From contig OZ037769.1 in the NCBI GenBank assembly GCA_964035545.1, positions 6,305,929 through 6,369,928 of the forward strand: a DNA stretch of 64,000 nucleotides. Reading direction: 5' to 3'. The position numbers were made by a program, and so were the translations under genes. The number at the start of each line of letters is the position of its first letter. Within the stretch, counting starts at the first letter, position 1. Of this stretch, positions 1 through 15,257 are shown one piece after another. This DNA comes from Bugula neritina (lineage: Eukaryota > Animalia > Bryozoa). The notes under the pieces were generated by a model that saw only the letters and a program-made list of their open reading frames with translations, ran no database searches and was not told the DNA's origin.

Positions 1-929
1 TCTATTTTAACAAAAAAGTGCCACTAAAAACCGCATTATCTCAATTTTTCCTTTTTCTATAGAAAAAGTAATCAATTGAAATGAAATATATTTCAGTTAT
101 GCATTAGGTTTAGCATGTTTATTATGCTCTGGTTAAATTATTTGTAGCTTCAAAATAGCAAAACTGAAAGCTTCTATAGAACAAATCACCTTTAAAAAAA
201 TAGGTATAGGCTGTTGCAAGACTGGAACCTACTACATTGATACTAAAGAGGTAATAGTCTAAGTACTCCTATACCCACTGGTTTGATGCCAGCCCTCCCC
301 AGTCACAGTCAAGTCTACCTTACGCAGTACCAGCTGACCCTTTAATGACATCCCTTATGCTTTTTAATTACTGTAAGCTAGAAAGATTATCAGCAGATAA
401 TGTTAGTGCATGTGGGACTAGCTCGGCCTGGGATAGAAGGCAGCTAGTTCACTGACCGACAGTGGGCTCCAGAACAATTCACAAACATGACTTTGCAAAA
501 TATTCCGCTGTAAGAAAAGATAATTTCATTGGCTAAACACTCCACAGACAGATTAAGAAGACGTGTGGGGGAGAAAAATATTACAAAAAATTAGTATAAA
601 TAGACAGTCAACTTTATTTCTAACACCAATTTAGGATGAAATAGCAAATAAAAATACCTTGTTTTCGGTGACAATATGGCTAAAGAATGCATTTTTATAA
701 CAACAATTAATATGCATTACAAATGCTCGAGGACAGTTTCTACGGACTTAGGATTTATGAAGATTCGACTTGGATATTGCAATTAAATTAGAAAATGTGG
801 TTAAACTGCATTATACAAAATATTGAGATATTGTTTTAATAAAATTACAAAATGGGGAATAAAGGGTAATGGTTGTCAAACTCATAACTTGTGGTTCATG
901 AAGCCATTTTAACAGAAAACCTGTTAGCT

Positions 930-1304
930 CAGGCTAGATGGTGACACAACATTTGGAAAATGACAATTGGAAAACACCTATTTGGAAACTGAACAATTAG
1001 AAAATGGACAATTGGAAAATGAAAAATATTCAACATGGTCTGGTCATGAGGGGCTGTCCGGCATCTGGTTAATTCCGAAATAGCTTTTAAAATAAATACA
1101 ATGACGGAATCAGTTAGGCTATCATGAAAGTAGAATTAGTTACCGAGTAGTTTTAATTTAAAATTGTTCAAATTTACAAAAAGCTTTTTGAACCCGACCA
1201 AATACTAAACGCCCCCTCTGGATTAGGCCATGTTGAATATTCTTCATTTTCCAAATAGGTGTCTTCCAATTGTCATTTTCAAAATGTCGCGAATTCAGGC
1301 CAGA
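930..1304. mobile_element. Non-autonomous foldback/MULE-like DNA element with repetitive inverted termini
   Basis: Left arm (acatttggaaaatgacaattggaaaacacctatttggaaa...aatattcaacatgg) is the reverse complement of the right arm (ccatgttgaatatt...ttccaaataggtgtcttccaattgtcattttcaaaatgt). Flanked by near-identical direct repeats caggctaga (930-938) and caggccaga (1296-1304), consistent with a 9-10 bp TSD. Confidence 0.7.
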
Positions 1305-3034
1305 TACACTAGTCAAGTGCTAATGCATTGGTTTATTTAAAAGGTATACTTCAATGGTGCATGTTAGAATTGCTTCAAATCATTTTATTTTTATGAAACG
1401 TGATTATATTTTCCAAATTTTCAGAAAAATATGTTTATTTGGCATGAATATAGAGATTTTACATCTCGCTACCTGCAGGACCACAGTGGTGAAAGGTGAC
1501 CAAAGGTGACCATAGAGACTTTACATCCTGATGTTGCCATGACAACTAAACATCTTCTACACCTGCTTAGTTATCGTGTTTATGTGAGCAACTGGTAAAA
1601 TCTGCTCCAAACCAAAATTTTAATTCAATTAAATTGTTATTAGTTGAAAAACAAGTTAGGATAAAATATAACCTGGAAATCAGTCCAGGAAAGTTTAATG
1701 TTCCTACGTACACATTCCTCCTAGACAGCTGACGGTATATTATGAAACATAGATTATAGAATTACAAAAAATAATCACACTATTTAATTGTTAATCTAAA
1801 TTTTCAACATTGGTAATCAAGGAATATTTAAATTCATAAAAAAATAAAAACAGATTTAAAAAAGCTTCCTGAGCTTACACAGCTGTTGAGCTGACCCATT
1901 GACCTGTAGGGAAGTCACTGGAAGCAGCTTACATCACCACATGGTATTTTGACCCTGAAGAACCAACAGGATGCAGTAGAAACCTGAGGCAGTTCTGAGT
2001 GATGCAACAGATGGTGTGGTTTAAATGCCATAGCAATATAATTAAAATTTACTTACGTTGTTACAATTTTAAATGACTAGCTATTATACTCAGAAATCAA
2101 TATTTTGTAGTTTGTGTATAAGAATTGTGGAAAGGATGTGGATGTGCAGTGGCATTTGATGACAAGGTCAATAATTTGCTGATTAAAATATCCTATTTCC
2201 TCCATACAAGGATGGTTGTTGGTTTAACGTCAGCTATAGTCAATAATGAGAGACACCACAAGCGTTATTATGCCCAGCCTAATGAAACTGATTTCAAGGG
2301 GGAGGGGTGATAACTTATAAGAGTACCCTTTGATTGGCTGATGAATTGAAAGTTACTTCTCTTAGCTTTTAGCAGTAATAGTAATAAATCATTTACAAAT
2401 TTATCATAATAATACTGTTTTCATTGAAACATAAATTCATAATAACAGATATCCTGTCAACAACTGCTAATCATACAAAATTGCTTTGCTACAATTATCA
2501 GCAACACTTCTTTCAACTTGGTTGTTTACGAAATAGAAAATTTTAAAGTATAATGTTTATAATAGCTGGACTTTACCACAAAAAAGAAAACTGGAACATA
2601 ATATTATATTAGATCATTTAAATTTGAAAATTTAGTATTTTATCCCCAGTGGCAATATTTAGTACTAACAGTTAAAAATATAGACACTAGTAATGTAGTG
2701 CAAACCGCAACATTATCTTACCATTGTAGTGCATAAGTTTCAGTTATATCTACAATTTCAAAAAGGTAAAAAACAAACAGCTATTTGAAGAAATATGCAG
2801 AAAATATCCCATTGCATCGTCAATTGATTGGTTCTCCCTGCATTAGACTAGAACCAGGAAAAATGATCTGCAATAAAGCGGCTAGATGCAAATGATATCA
2901 ATTTTTTTCGCATTTGAAAGACATGTGCCTTACAATAGGTGATACATTTAATAAAAATGACATTATATGCATTCAAATCACTAAATTGAAATTTTTCTAT
3001 GAATGTTTCAACACTCAGAATAATTTCAAAAGCA

Positions 3035-3166
3035 TTGACTGTGAAGTTTTGATTGCGAAGTGTTGATTGTGAAGTATTGATTGCGAAGTGTTGATTGCGA
3101 AGTGTTGATTGTGAAGTGTTGATTGTGAAATATTGATTGCGAAGTGTTGACTGCGAAGTGTTGACT
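3035..3166. repeat. 15-bp minisatellite (tgttgattgcgaagt-like, ~9 copies)
   Basis: Directly visible tandem repeat. It explains the repetitive NTSQSTLR text of ORF 2848..3294. Confidence 0.9.
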
Positions 3167-4746
3167 TTACTGTTTAATGTGTAGACAAACCAGTTTGGCA
3201 TAGTAACCAATGAGTCAGGAAATTTGGCAGTTCTAAAGTTGCATTTGATAAAAAACTGTGTAAATACAAGTTTTATCTGAAAAACAAAGTGCAACCTACA
3301 TTTCCTGTTACAAATCTGTTGCTGAAATTCTAGAATGAAAAGAAAACTCGCAGCATCTACAATGTAGCATAAACTATATTTTAAATATGATATTACATAA
3401 CAATACGATTATATACTCCTCTGTATTCTATACTACAAAGAAAGTTTATATAAGGTTGTAAAAATCAAAGAAAAATATGAAAATTAATCAAATTTTCCAA
3501 TAAGCTGGCTGATTATTTAGAGGTCTATTGGCATGTGCAGTTATCATAACAACTTCAATACTTGTAACCATGTTTCTAGCCAGTATTTGGCAGAGCACTA
3601 TTATATCAACAGAATTATGTATAGTGACACACAACATTTCGTTCATTACAATATCTCTTGCATGATTTTTCTTTGAGATGTCTTAGTGAATCAAATCTAT
3701 TTGGATTTTGACTTTTGATTTTAACTCATGACTTTAACTCACTACTTTCATTTTGCTAAGGGGTTGCCTTTTCCTAACTAATGTTAGAGTTTTCAGGTTA
3801 CTTCAAACCGATATAAGCAAAACTATTACATTTGTCACAAATAATTCAATTTCATGCTCATCAAGTTGTAAAACATTATCTGATAACTTTTGGTCAGCTC
3901 CTTCAGTATTCGCTCAACCAAGAACTCCGTTTCCAGTTCATACAATTCCTTGAATAATTCAAAAATATTTCTGACAAAGCACTTGGTAGTTAAACCAACC
4001 TACACACACCTTCGGATACATCCAGGTATTTAATTTGTAGTAACAATTAACATGGTGTTGTTGTCAAACAGTGTTCAACAATGGCAGTCAGTGGAGCGGT
4101 GATTGATGGCCTAAATTTTATCTCAATCTTTCAATTTGTCGGCACGAATCAAACCGAGCACATTTACAACTCATCAGCTAAGAATAATAAATTACAATAA
4201 TATGCTAATACAAATAATATAAACATTAATGTTACTGTACAGTTAAGTGACACTTGAAACTACAACAAAAATTTAATTATTTTATTATGATTAAATTGAA
4301 ATATCAGCGACGAGTGAAGAGATAATTGGCAAGGGGGGCACGGGTACCATTGTCAATACGTATATGCTCTGGCACCTGTATTAAAATCGCAGACAAATTT
4401 CGTCATATCTTGCATTACCCCACCCAGTATGCCCAATTTTTTGGCGCCCCAAACTAACATATGCAGCTCCATGATGTAAAAATCAGACAAATTTTAGGAA
4501 ACCATGTTCCAAAATATTTTCAATTAAAAATGTTGTGAACAATTAATGATATTACGGATGCACATTGTACAGTGCTTTCAGATGGTACATATAAAACAAA
4601 TGATATATCTAATTAGTACAATACAGTGATTGCTGTATTGTGTTTGGTTTTAATACTTTTTTTCTACGGCTTATGGATTCACTATATTAGTTTCATTTTC
4701 AATTTCTTAAAATTAAACTATACGCTATAGTATTATTAACAGTATA

Positions 4747-4749
<3 letters not shown>

Positions 4750-4813
<64 letters not shown>
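4750..4813. repeat. (TA)n microsatellite
   Basis: Directly visible. Confidence 0.97.
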
Positions 4814-4819
<6 letters not shown>

Positions 4820-4906
4820 TATATACTTATATATATAGCAATATATAGTAGATATATACTATATATAGTAAGACGGTAGATAAGAGATTAGTTCTAACAA
4901 AGTTAC

Positions 4907-7900
4907 CTCTGCTTTTACTGGAGATGGGCTGAATGCTTTGGAGAAACTGTTTTCCTTTTCTTCCGAGTTCCTGCACAACAAGATATAATCAATTCCAGTT
5001 AATTCACAACTTGAGCAACAAACTGACCCTAGCTACAAAGTGCTATAGCTGGGGGTCAAAAAGTTTTGAATGAAATATTGCAATACGGAGCTGATGGGGG
5101 TTCATTAGACCCTTAGTAAAGCTAAAACAGCAGAAAAATAGGGCTAACTGCAAAACAGAGGTCTGAGAACGCAACGGTTTCAACCTGCATTAAGTTCTAG
5201 GGGCTAGACTCTGGTGTGATATGTGTCTGGAAGACCCCTGGTGCCACGGAGGCCCTGCTTACCTGCCCAGCACATTCCAACTAGATAAACGTCTGCATTA
5301 TTCACACAGATAATCTACTCTAAGCAGACATACAAACTGTCAGTTAATCCAATAAGATTTAAGGCAACTCAAGTTTGCAAAAAAACTTTAATTATTTACA
5401 AAAGTTAAGGGATTTGTTTCGTTTAGACAAGCGACCGCAAGTCATTGCCGTGATTAATGATTGAGTGTAAAATTGGCTAGAGTAGACGGATTGGATTGGA
5501 AATTCCTTTCAGAAAATTTAATAACATTTCATTTATGAATATTTCAGCGTTAAAATATGAATGATGTAACCACGGAGCCTGCCTGAAACTGTCAAGTCTT
5601 AGATTGCACATTATTTAGCAACCGACTAGAGTGATGGAAGGAGACAAGCAAGATATCCAGACCAACCGCATACCATTTTACAGCTAAACCTGAATACCAC
5701 CTCTAAACCAGATTATTATTGCAAAATTTCCTCAACTTCAAGATATGCTCACACAAGCAGGGCCACACCACAACTCACCTGTCTTCATCTCTCTTGTCAG
5801 GACTCACAGATCTGTGGGCAAACTTTCTCTTCAGAGCTGCGGCTATCAGCGCCTGGGGGTCCATCAGTCCTTTCAGAGGTGCTTTTCTATCGTGTTTCGG
5901 TAGAGGCGTACCACCAGGTGAGCTGAAAGGCAGAGACAGATATCAGGCTGAATAACTAACCTCTTCTAAGGGAATCTCCAACATATTATACACCTGTTAC
6001 CCCCAACTACCCCTTCACAGGGAGTATTGCAACACACTCACCATTATACACTAGGATGCTACGCTTAACATTTTTAAACAGTTTAAAGGATTACTTTTAA
6101 ATGTCAAATTTAATCGGGTGTCAAACTAAACTATGTGAGAGGATTCCATAAACCTATACTCAGCCTGGAAAACAACATAAAGTAGTCATGTACCACGGTT
6201 ACATAGCAAATCGATTTTTCATTCGATCTTTGGTAACAGTTGCATTATCAAATGAAACTGCAACCTTAAGTTCACGCAAACACCAAATCCATCTTACCAG
6301 CACAGATCTATTTGAATCAATAGAATCATAGTGTTAGTGGGTCATTTGAGTGTTATTACTAGAAGTAAGCAACACTGTTAACCAGGTGGACAGGGATAGT
6401 ATCATATGGACAGCTATGTAATCACATCAACAGTTATGAAACCATATGGATGAACGGAAACCCCTCCAAGACTAGCATAGCATGACAGCAGTCGCTACAT
6501 TGATGTAGCAAATGACATTTATCGGTTTTACAAGTTAACACTTCTCAGAAAATACATATTCTTTACGCGCATGCAGCAGCGATGGCATTTACCAGAAATA
6601 CCCATTATATGACGTCAAATATCATACAACGCACAACATCTTACATAAATACTTACATTACAACTTGTGATTTAATAGTCAAACAATAGTGACGTGGTAA
6701 AAACTAGCTATGTACCTTAACAACTTGGATAATATAAACATGGGTAAACATGACCAATGTCTACAAGATACATTGATACTTCAGCAATGGCTGCTATAAT
6801 ACAGAACATAATGTCCTGTACATCAAAACTCAATTTCAAACTACATACAAAATTTTGATTATACACAAAAGGCAAACATTACATCTTTTTACACTGTGGT
6901 TAGACATTTTAAAACACAACCTTTTCGACATGGCACTCAATACAAGAAAAAGCAACTCCAAATAATTGAATTATCAGCTGAGCAAAGGGCTGAATAAAAT
7001 ATATAGTTTCCATAGAAAATATGTTTGCATTTTGTTTTGTATAACAAATGGCTGACGTGAACGTACCGGCTTACAGATTTGAGCTTGACAGAACCAAGGT
7101 TTTTCAAAACTTCTGTCATCGATGGCGCTTTCTTGCTAGTTGGCTCAGCGCCAACACCATTTCCACTTTTCCCATTCTTTCTCTTCCTCTAGCAACATTC
7201 AGCAAAAACCAAATACAGCATACTGCAGGTGTTAGGAGCATACTGCAAGCCATCAACAATGCCATAAAATAAAACTGACTTAATTAATTTCACTAAACTG
7301 CATATAAAACTCAATTTTTTTATGGCGTGACAGAATTGCTGTTTTGAAAGTTTTAGAGATTTAGAAGTTCAAGCAGATGTTTCGTGACATAATAAAGAGA
7401 GAGAACTGCTGGGAGTAGATTGAATAAGCTGTAACCATCAGAATGATGCGTGGGAGATTAACACATCCACCTTCAGACAAGAAAAGAGTGGTTGTCCAAG
7501 TATGGCAAAACAGTGGGTGGTTATGGCTGCATACAAGCATGGATTACCAGACAATAATCCTGTGCAGATAAACAGTGCTTAGGAAATGAAGTATACTATA
7601 TTTTTACATGAAATTACGTGAGTAATGATTCATCATCAACACGATTATGAATAGCAAATGAAAGCAATAAACGTGTCAAGACAATGCCTTTAAGGTACAC
7701 TGGATAGACTGTGTTATGTCTAAGGTTACAGGGATGGTGCCTGAGAGGCATCAGTGAACTAAATGATGTCAAAACATTGCAGCTAATAATAATTCCTAGC
7801 AAGCTCCGGAAACAGACTACATACAATCTGACACGGCAAAACTACAAGGAGTTGTCTTGTTTCGAATGCATATATTATAAAAGGGAAAACAGATGAGCAG

Positions 7901-10900
7901 TCCTAGTAACACATGTATTGTAGCCTACAAGGAAATATTTTCCTTTGTTAATATCATCAGGGATTAAACCAGCGTTGACCACTATCTAATAGATTATTAG
8001 ACACTAATAGTCAAATCACACCATAAATGTGTAGTTAACAACCATCATAAATAATGGCATTACTAGATTATAATATTCTCTTTCAAATGCTATTACCTAA
8101 TCAGTTTACTAGGGTACAAACTACACTGACAACAGTAGATTAAGTAGCTGCGGGCTAAGTATGGCTACTGATGTTCAAAGGATTCACATATCAAGTGAAT
8201 GCTTGGTGACATCCCAAATCTCTTTACTAGATGTGAACGAAAGTTCACGCTGACATAACCGCTATTACTCATGTCTCTTCACTAAATACACATCCTAAGA
8301 GCAACAGTTGAGAGAGCTTCATGTGACATGCGAACATCACACCCAACACACCATTTTCCTCTGTGATTGTCAGAAGTTCCCATCCAACTTGTTTAAAAAC
8401 AAACTAAAGTTGTAGATCTAAACATTGTATGGTAATTCTAAGTTGCCTAATTCAGCATAGTCCAGCTGAGCACTAAAGAAACCCACATTGAATGTGTTCT
8501 TACAAATCTTGGTTAGGAATAAATAATGAGACGGTAGGTGACTGCTGCATGATTTGCATATGAAAATATTTGGTCATCAAGGAGACTGAAATACTAGCTG
8601 AATAATTAAGGAATAGAAAGCATGAGGTATGCAATTCTCCCAGCTGGTGGTAATGTTGCCGTGCAAATGCAGCAGAGAATTGGTGAATTAAAACACCTGA
8701 CTTTAGATACCAGAACACAATACGTATCTGCAAAGACTTCTCACCTCTGCTATAACTTCTGACACGGATTTAGAAGGTAGACTGTTGGCCAGAAATGGTG
8801 GTGGTGGCGGTGGAGGTGGTGGTGGTGGAAGCAGCAGAGGGGGTGCTTGTGGAGGGGGTAGTGGCGGTGCTGGTATGGAGAGGGGCTGCGGGGTAGAGGG
8901 ACACGTTAGCGCTCCTTGTGGTATGACATCAGGGGGTGGAACTCTCACAGCTGCAAGCAAAGTGGATATTGCAACAGAAGCTGAGAGAAAACGTCCTTGT
9001 GTAATGCTAGAACTACCAGCTACTTTTTAGCTACAGTCAAATAAATTGAAATGATCTAACAGCCATGAGAAGAGGCAATATTATGATGAGTGGGTGCCCA
9101 CAGAGTAAGGCGCTGATACATGCCTGCCAACTTCTTAGAAAATTTATTGGAATAAACAGCAGAGATGAGCCAGTTTGTTACAACTCTGGCAGAACATAGG
9201 GGAAGTGAGTAAGTTTCCAAATTGAATCTATATATACCAGCTAAAAATCACACAGCCTTGAATCCAAGCACATTGAAACCAAGTATATACTACATACTAT
9301 ATACAGTATACACTACACACTGTATATAGCATATATTACACACTGTATATAATATATACTACACACTGTATACAGTATACACTACATACTATATACAGTA
9401 TACACTACACACTATATACAGTATACACTACACACTGTATACAATATACACTACATACTGTATAGAATATATACTACACATTATATACAATATACACTAC
9501 ACACTAAATACAGTATCTACAAACTAGAATACAGTATACACTACACTGAACACAGTATACACTACATACAAATACAGTATACACTACATACAAATACACA
9601 AAATATGAATGTACATAGCCTACAATACATTACACTGCATGGGAGGATGTGAAATACCACACTTCCAACTATTTTCAAACTGTTTAAATTCTATTATTCT
9701 TATCCTCAAAATTAGCGTTCAAGAAACTAATATTTCTGCTTTTACTCAAACATAGGTAGCTCTTGTTTTGAGCTCAAGTTTTTCCATGCACGTCAATTTG
9801 CTGGTCGGAGTTATCCCACTATTTAGAAAATATAAGTACACCGCTTCAAGAGTTTGGATGAATATTCCAGTACGGCAAGGTTATCAGCAAAACAAAATGA
9901 TTCCTTTTATTAGATCGTCTGCCAAAGTGACAGAAGCAGACGTGACAAATTAGCTGTCTCTGCTTAAGCTATGGATGTCAAATAACAACCTACACTGTAT
10001 GTCAGCGATCCAATGACCACTGGAGTGGCATTAATCACAGCATAAAGTCATCAACACTCTTGGTCAAAGTCATGGAGGTCATCTTTAATGACCACCATAA
10101 CATTTCGCCCAGTAATTTTACATAACCCCATTATCTAACTCACCAAAGCTTACTCTACTTACTAGCTATATCCGCTATGACTTGACGTAACTTGACTAGC
10201 TCTTCTTCCAAGGCTGAGATCTTATTCAAGGTTACTGAATCAACTGGTGCGGAGGCTAATCTACATATAGAAAATGACTAACCTATAGAGAAATCTACTC
10301 GCATACAAGGTCGTTATGACAAACTAGTAACACCATCATGCGTAGGCTGTAGCTGCACACATTACTCACCAATACCCCCAAAACTTGATCTTGATTGCCA
10401 AAATTATAACTTAACCTGATACTATTACAACTGTTTTCTTTTTAGGTGCAGTAATGGAGAAATTGAGAAAAGCCTGTGTTCCACATTAAAAATGTAGCAA
10501 AAGAAGTTACGTTCTTGCAAGAACTTCAACCGCGCCCCAAATCTAAATTCAATAATAAAATTAAAAGGCTTAGGCTATCTCAATTTCTCCACTACTGCTC
10601 TTAAGTGCGTTTTATGCTCTTTTTTACTCACCTTAAAGTATAAAAACAATGGCAATTATCATGTTAATTTCAATGATTATCTTTACAATAGTTTTAAACT
10701 GTGTTATACCAACTGAATGACTAAAAACTTGCAAGAAAATGTAAATATTGCTAACTTTTACCAGATATTGGCAGCTTTAAAATGTCCTATACATTTCTGT
10801 AACTATGATGTGGGAGTAGTATTCTCTTGATCTCCAACTGGCAATATTTACATGGAATTTTCTGAGCTACCATTAAACTTTTTTACCAAGTCAAATAATT

Positions 10901-13900
10901 GCTGCACTACCTGCCAGACAGTGGATTAGGTGCCCATACTTTGGTGGATTAAATTGATGGATTAAAGGAAAGAGCATACTACTCAGACACATGTCATCAC
11001 ATGACACTAATCAGTTGTACATGTTGGTATGTGTAGCAATTATTACTTCCCTTATTCAGAAGTCAGCTTGGAAAATGTGCGCAAAAAATTGAAAGTGAAT
11101 TTTAATTTTCAAGTGTGTTGAAGAAATGTAATTATTTTTCTCAGAACTTCATACGCCTGCGCCAAATGAGTTGGCAAGCAGAAAAGAAATTTGGTTGAGA
11201 ATTATGTGCCTTGAGCTCCAATTATATTTTACACATGCTGTAACAAAGCCCATTGTCATTTTGGGAAGTGTTGAAAACTGGCAACATGAATTATATTAGC
11301 TGAAATAGTTTAAAAGCTTGTCCCAGATACAGCCTTAAAAACTTAAAACTGCCAGCAAGGCCACCACAGATGGCGTTTGTAAAGGCTTCAAGTGTAAAAA
11401 AGTGAGTCATGCAAAAACGCATTGCGCGAGCTACAATCGTACTTAGTAAGCAGTGAAAATTTTCCGTTTTAAAATGCAAATGCCAAAATATTGAAATGCA
11501 ACGACAAATTAATACATTTATTTTATGATGCAAAATACCGTAGAAGGGGGTAGCTCAGAAATCAGATACTGACTGTATCTGTGCATATAAGATAATTTGG
11601 TTGTGCAAAGTAAACATTTGCACCACGGAGAACCATTGCCAGTTAAATGTTAATTTCTGAACGAAAAATAGCTGAATAAACCACATCTGCATGGCATGAC
11701 ACTGCACGTCAATAAGCCATATTTCATCATGACATTACGCGCTAAACAATTGTGAGTTGTATATAATTGCTTACTCATATCCGAACTGACAATAGCTTTT
11801 TTTTCAAAGTAAAATATATACATTCTAGAGTCATAGGATTCAAGTTGCGGATGTCTAGTTGGAGTTGGTCATATTACGGATTACTTCAACGATTTTAAAA
11901 TTGAACTGTCAATGTACATTATTTACAGCATAATTATGGTTGGGTAATTTACCAGACTCTAGTATTCAGCTAAAGCTAGAACCATTCTGTGAGGTTTATT
12001 CCAGAAAAATTATTCAACTGTATTTCACTGATACTTAAAGTTGCACCAAATAAAAAAAACCTTATTCACTAAATTAGTGTACAAAATACTGCATATATAA
12101 AAATCAATTTAATCAATATAATATGCTAGCCATATAATTAGCCTACATATACATGCAGAACTCAACCAAACACAGCAGCAAAACTCCTATCATTTCATTT
12201 AATGCAAATGCTGATCCACATTTTACATTGACTGGCAAGGTTATGGGGTGTTGCAATGATTTTGAGAGCTTTAATTTTTGCTGGTTAAGTTTGAACCTTT
12301 AGTTTCCTTCTATTATATAATTTGCCATTGTGTGAATGACAAGTAGATATATCATTGATAGGTGACGCCACACTCGATAATTGAAATTAACTATTCACTG
12401 AGTCCTTGAGTCCACGAACGCAAAGCACTTGAAAGATTTGTTGGCAAGCAAGGGTGGAAGTGAATATTGATGCAAGATTTGTTTTTCTAAATTTCACGAT
12501 GCATGATGACAATCATTTAAAATACCCGCAGTGCTGTCTGCAGCAGAATAATAGCTGCCGGTGACCGAATATCAGTTGCTTGCGGCAGCTACCACCAAAC
12601 CAGCAGCTATCAGCAAGTATTTATTGAGTCACATCGCAAGAATTGTAGAGAAATTCCACCTATTTTAGGAAATGTGCTGGGTACAGTTTATATCATAAGG
12701 ATGACATTTATTCATTCACATTTTTTTGGGCTATGCACAAAATGAAACGACCTTTCTTAGAGGTTTGCCTAGAAAATCATTGCCACAAGGCTAAAGCTGA
12801 GATAGCCCCAATGCCTAGATGTGGTCTCCAAATCATTTCTGTAAAATGAATTTAACCATTTCTAATCTATCAAATACCTCTTCTCTAAACTATCCACGTT
12901 ATTAAACCAGTAAAAGGTTGAAGCTAGATGACTTAATTTTAGGACAGCTTTCATTGTGTTTACAGAAAATATAAATTCACCTTAGGCTAGTATCTGGTGT
13001 ACTACATGTAAACTCCTCCGTATTAGAAAATATAGCATCTTTAGTCTTGGTTAAAGAAGATAAACCAAGGTGACCTCCTGAACTATTGTAATCCCTCTTA
13101 ACACTGCGAAGACTGCACAAGTCTGACCTGTAATAGTGAGTCAGCAAGAGAACCTATATGGGAGTTGTCTGACCAAACCAAGTAACGCAATGTTGAAAAG
13201 ACAATTACTTATTGTACTAATTGTTGACCACTGAACTATGCTTCAAAAGATTTATGATACATTAAAAAAGATCTTGACAAATGTTTTAAAAAGTATTAAC
13301 TTAAAGACATTACAAGTATCCTAGCAATCTGCATTACAGACAAGTGGTAACGGAAAAAGTTAAAATTTTATACTTGGATTGAAAGTAAAAGATTCACCTG
13401 CTTTTCAAAACTACATCTACCATTACACTACACCAACAATGTTTTGTTGGTTATTGGTTACCACTGATGTGTAAAGACATTGGACACCACCTTTACACAA
13501 TAAATTCCAGTATTTATTACTAGAAATATTAGTGGAGCTCAAAGTGGAACAGTAAACATGTGTAACACTATCTATAGTACCTCAACCTAGTAAAGCTATC
13601 ATGGCCTTCTTCAACAATCCAACCGATATCTCCAATATTAGGACAGTTTAGGTCAGACATTGACGAGGTATCACTCGCACCTCCATAGTCACCAATTAGA
13701 TGACGCTGAAAACAAGAGCAGATAAATCTTTATTTCTACACAAGTCAAATATTTCCATGACAAAGTTCTGAAAGCACGGTTTTTTATAATATATAGAAAA
13801 TGTGAAACCAATACATTCTAAGCATACGCACTTACCAGTATACCAGACTTACTTGAAAATAAATTTTGTTCACATGAATAAATTTACAAGCTGATCCAAT

Positions 13901-14199
13901 CCTTCTGATTAAACTTCGTCTGCAGGTCTCTGTAGGTATTTGATTCGAGGTAAATGGCGTGACGCTAGGTATTGGCTATACAAGTATAGTGTTCAAAACT
14001 GTTATTGATATCAGACTAACTATTTCTAGATACAGTTGATATTGTATTTGATATAGGATGTTCGGGATCTTACCACATGAAAATAGTATATATTGCATTT
14101 GATGTAAATAATAATACTTACCACATGAAACAAGTCAAATCCAAGATAATCTAAAATATCTCGCAACAACTGAGCAATATATCGATAGTTGACTTCCAT
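4907..14199 (-). CDS. MTFR1: Mitochondrial fission regulator (MTFR1/MTFR2, FAM54 family); 3' terminal exon(s) unresolved
   Basis: Phase-consistent GT-AG exons: 14199-14122 (MEVNYRYIAQLLRDILDYLGFDLFHV), 13975-13853 (RSLIRRIG), 13705-13581 (IGDIGWIVEEG..RLR), 13127-12981, 10260-10163 (KISALEEELVKLRQVIADI coiled coil), 8980-8745 (poly-Pro, SVSEVIAE), 7188-7067 (PSMTEVLKNLGSVKLKSVSR), 5922-5779 (SPGGTP...DPQALIAAALKRKFA), 4970-4907. These motifs and their order match MTFR family hallmarks. The stop-containing exon lies further left and was not identified with confidence. Confidence 0.88.
9283..9600. repeat. Degenerate ~24-bp minisatellite (tatacactacacactgtatacagt-like), intronic in MTFR
   Basis: Directly visible tandem degenerate units. 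Confidence 0.85.
10441..10604. mobile_element. MITE family A (~160 bp, ~30-bp TIRs)
   Basis: ttaggtgcagtaatggagaaattgagaaaagcc ... ggctatctcaatttctccactactgctcttaa are inverted repeats. Related copies occur at ~51708, ~54023 and ~55764. Confidence 0.8.
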
Positions 14200-15257
14200 G
14201 TTCTAATGTGAAACCTTGTGAAACTGCTGCACTGCAATGAAGATATAAAATAATATTTTAATACAAGAACTAGGCATTGGTCTTCCATTCCCAAACACTT
14301 CTGTAACTTACCATTAAATCAGCAACTGGGAGAAACTTACATGTATTCACATTAACATTGAATCTGCCACACTGATTCTGAGTTTCATTAGGGTTGAAGG
14401 TTGTAATTTACATTTTGTCACCTAAAACCATTTTGGAACTTAAAACCAACTAAACCAAACAAGCATAGACATATCAGCGTTTGAAAAAAATTTCAAGATC
14501 CAAAAGAACCAAAAAGTGAGTGATGCTTCGAATTATTGACCTGCATTGAAATGCAAAATAATTTTGATGCAGAACGTAACGATTTGCAAATACTTGTGAC
14601 AATGATTCATGTCACATTGAAAAATAGTCATATTAGATGAGTATTAGGCTATTTCACAGTATCAAACACTATAGCATAGCATAGCTGTAGCATCATAGCG
14701 ATAGCATAGCTCCTTCTCATATTCATAGTAAACTCATTATATATATTAGTAACAAATCTCATCGCATTAACTGATTCCGACGACTTTATCTGTTGTTTAG
14801 TTGACACCTATAAATACTTATACAATCACAAGAACAACACAAAAAGCCTAAATTTGTAGTAAACTCAACACAACACTCAACACAATAGTATTTATTATAA
14901 AACAACAAAACTTATGGTAAAACTAATACACATTCCAAGTTTTATTATCATTTTATTATTATTTTATGTAATTAAACATTGCTTATAATTATAAAGATAA
15001 GAATTATGATCACATTTCACTATGTCAGTTAAATGATTATCATAGCATTATGATTGGGCTTTGTTATACTTATACAATTAATTAATTATAGGAAATATAA
15101 AATCAAGTTCAACTAAGGCATAAATTTATCATCAATATGATTATGATTGTGATTGCATTTGAATCTAAAACTATTTTTATTCTATCAAGCATTATTATTA
15201 ATAACTACAGATTCTGTACAAGCTAGGAGAGGTAGAGATAGATTGGGTAGACACAAA

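Noticed and set aside
2848-3294. 148-aa minus-strand ORF
   Set aside because: Open mainly because of a 15-bp minisatellite; no recognisable domain or splice context.
3740-4150. Possible decayed transposase coding sequence on the minus strand
   Set aside because: Only short interrupted frames with no motif I could assign confidently.
8785-9030. Gly-rich plus-strand ORF
   Set aside because: Antisense of the MTFR poly-proline exon.
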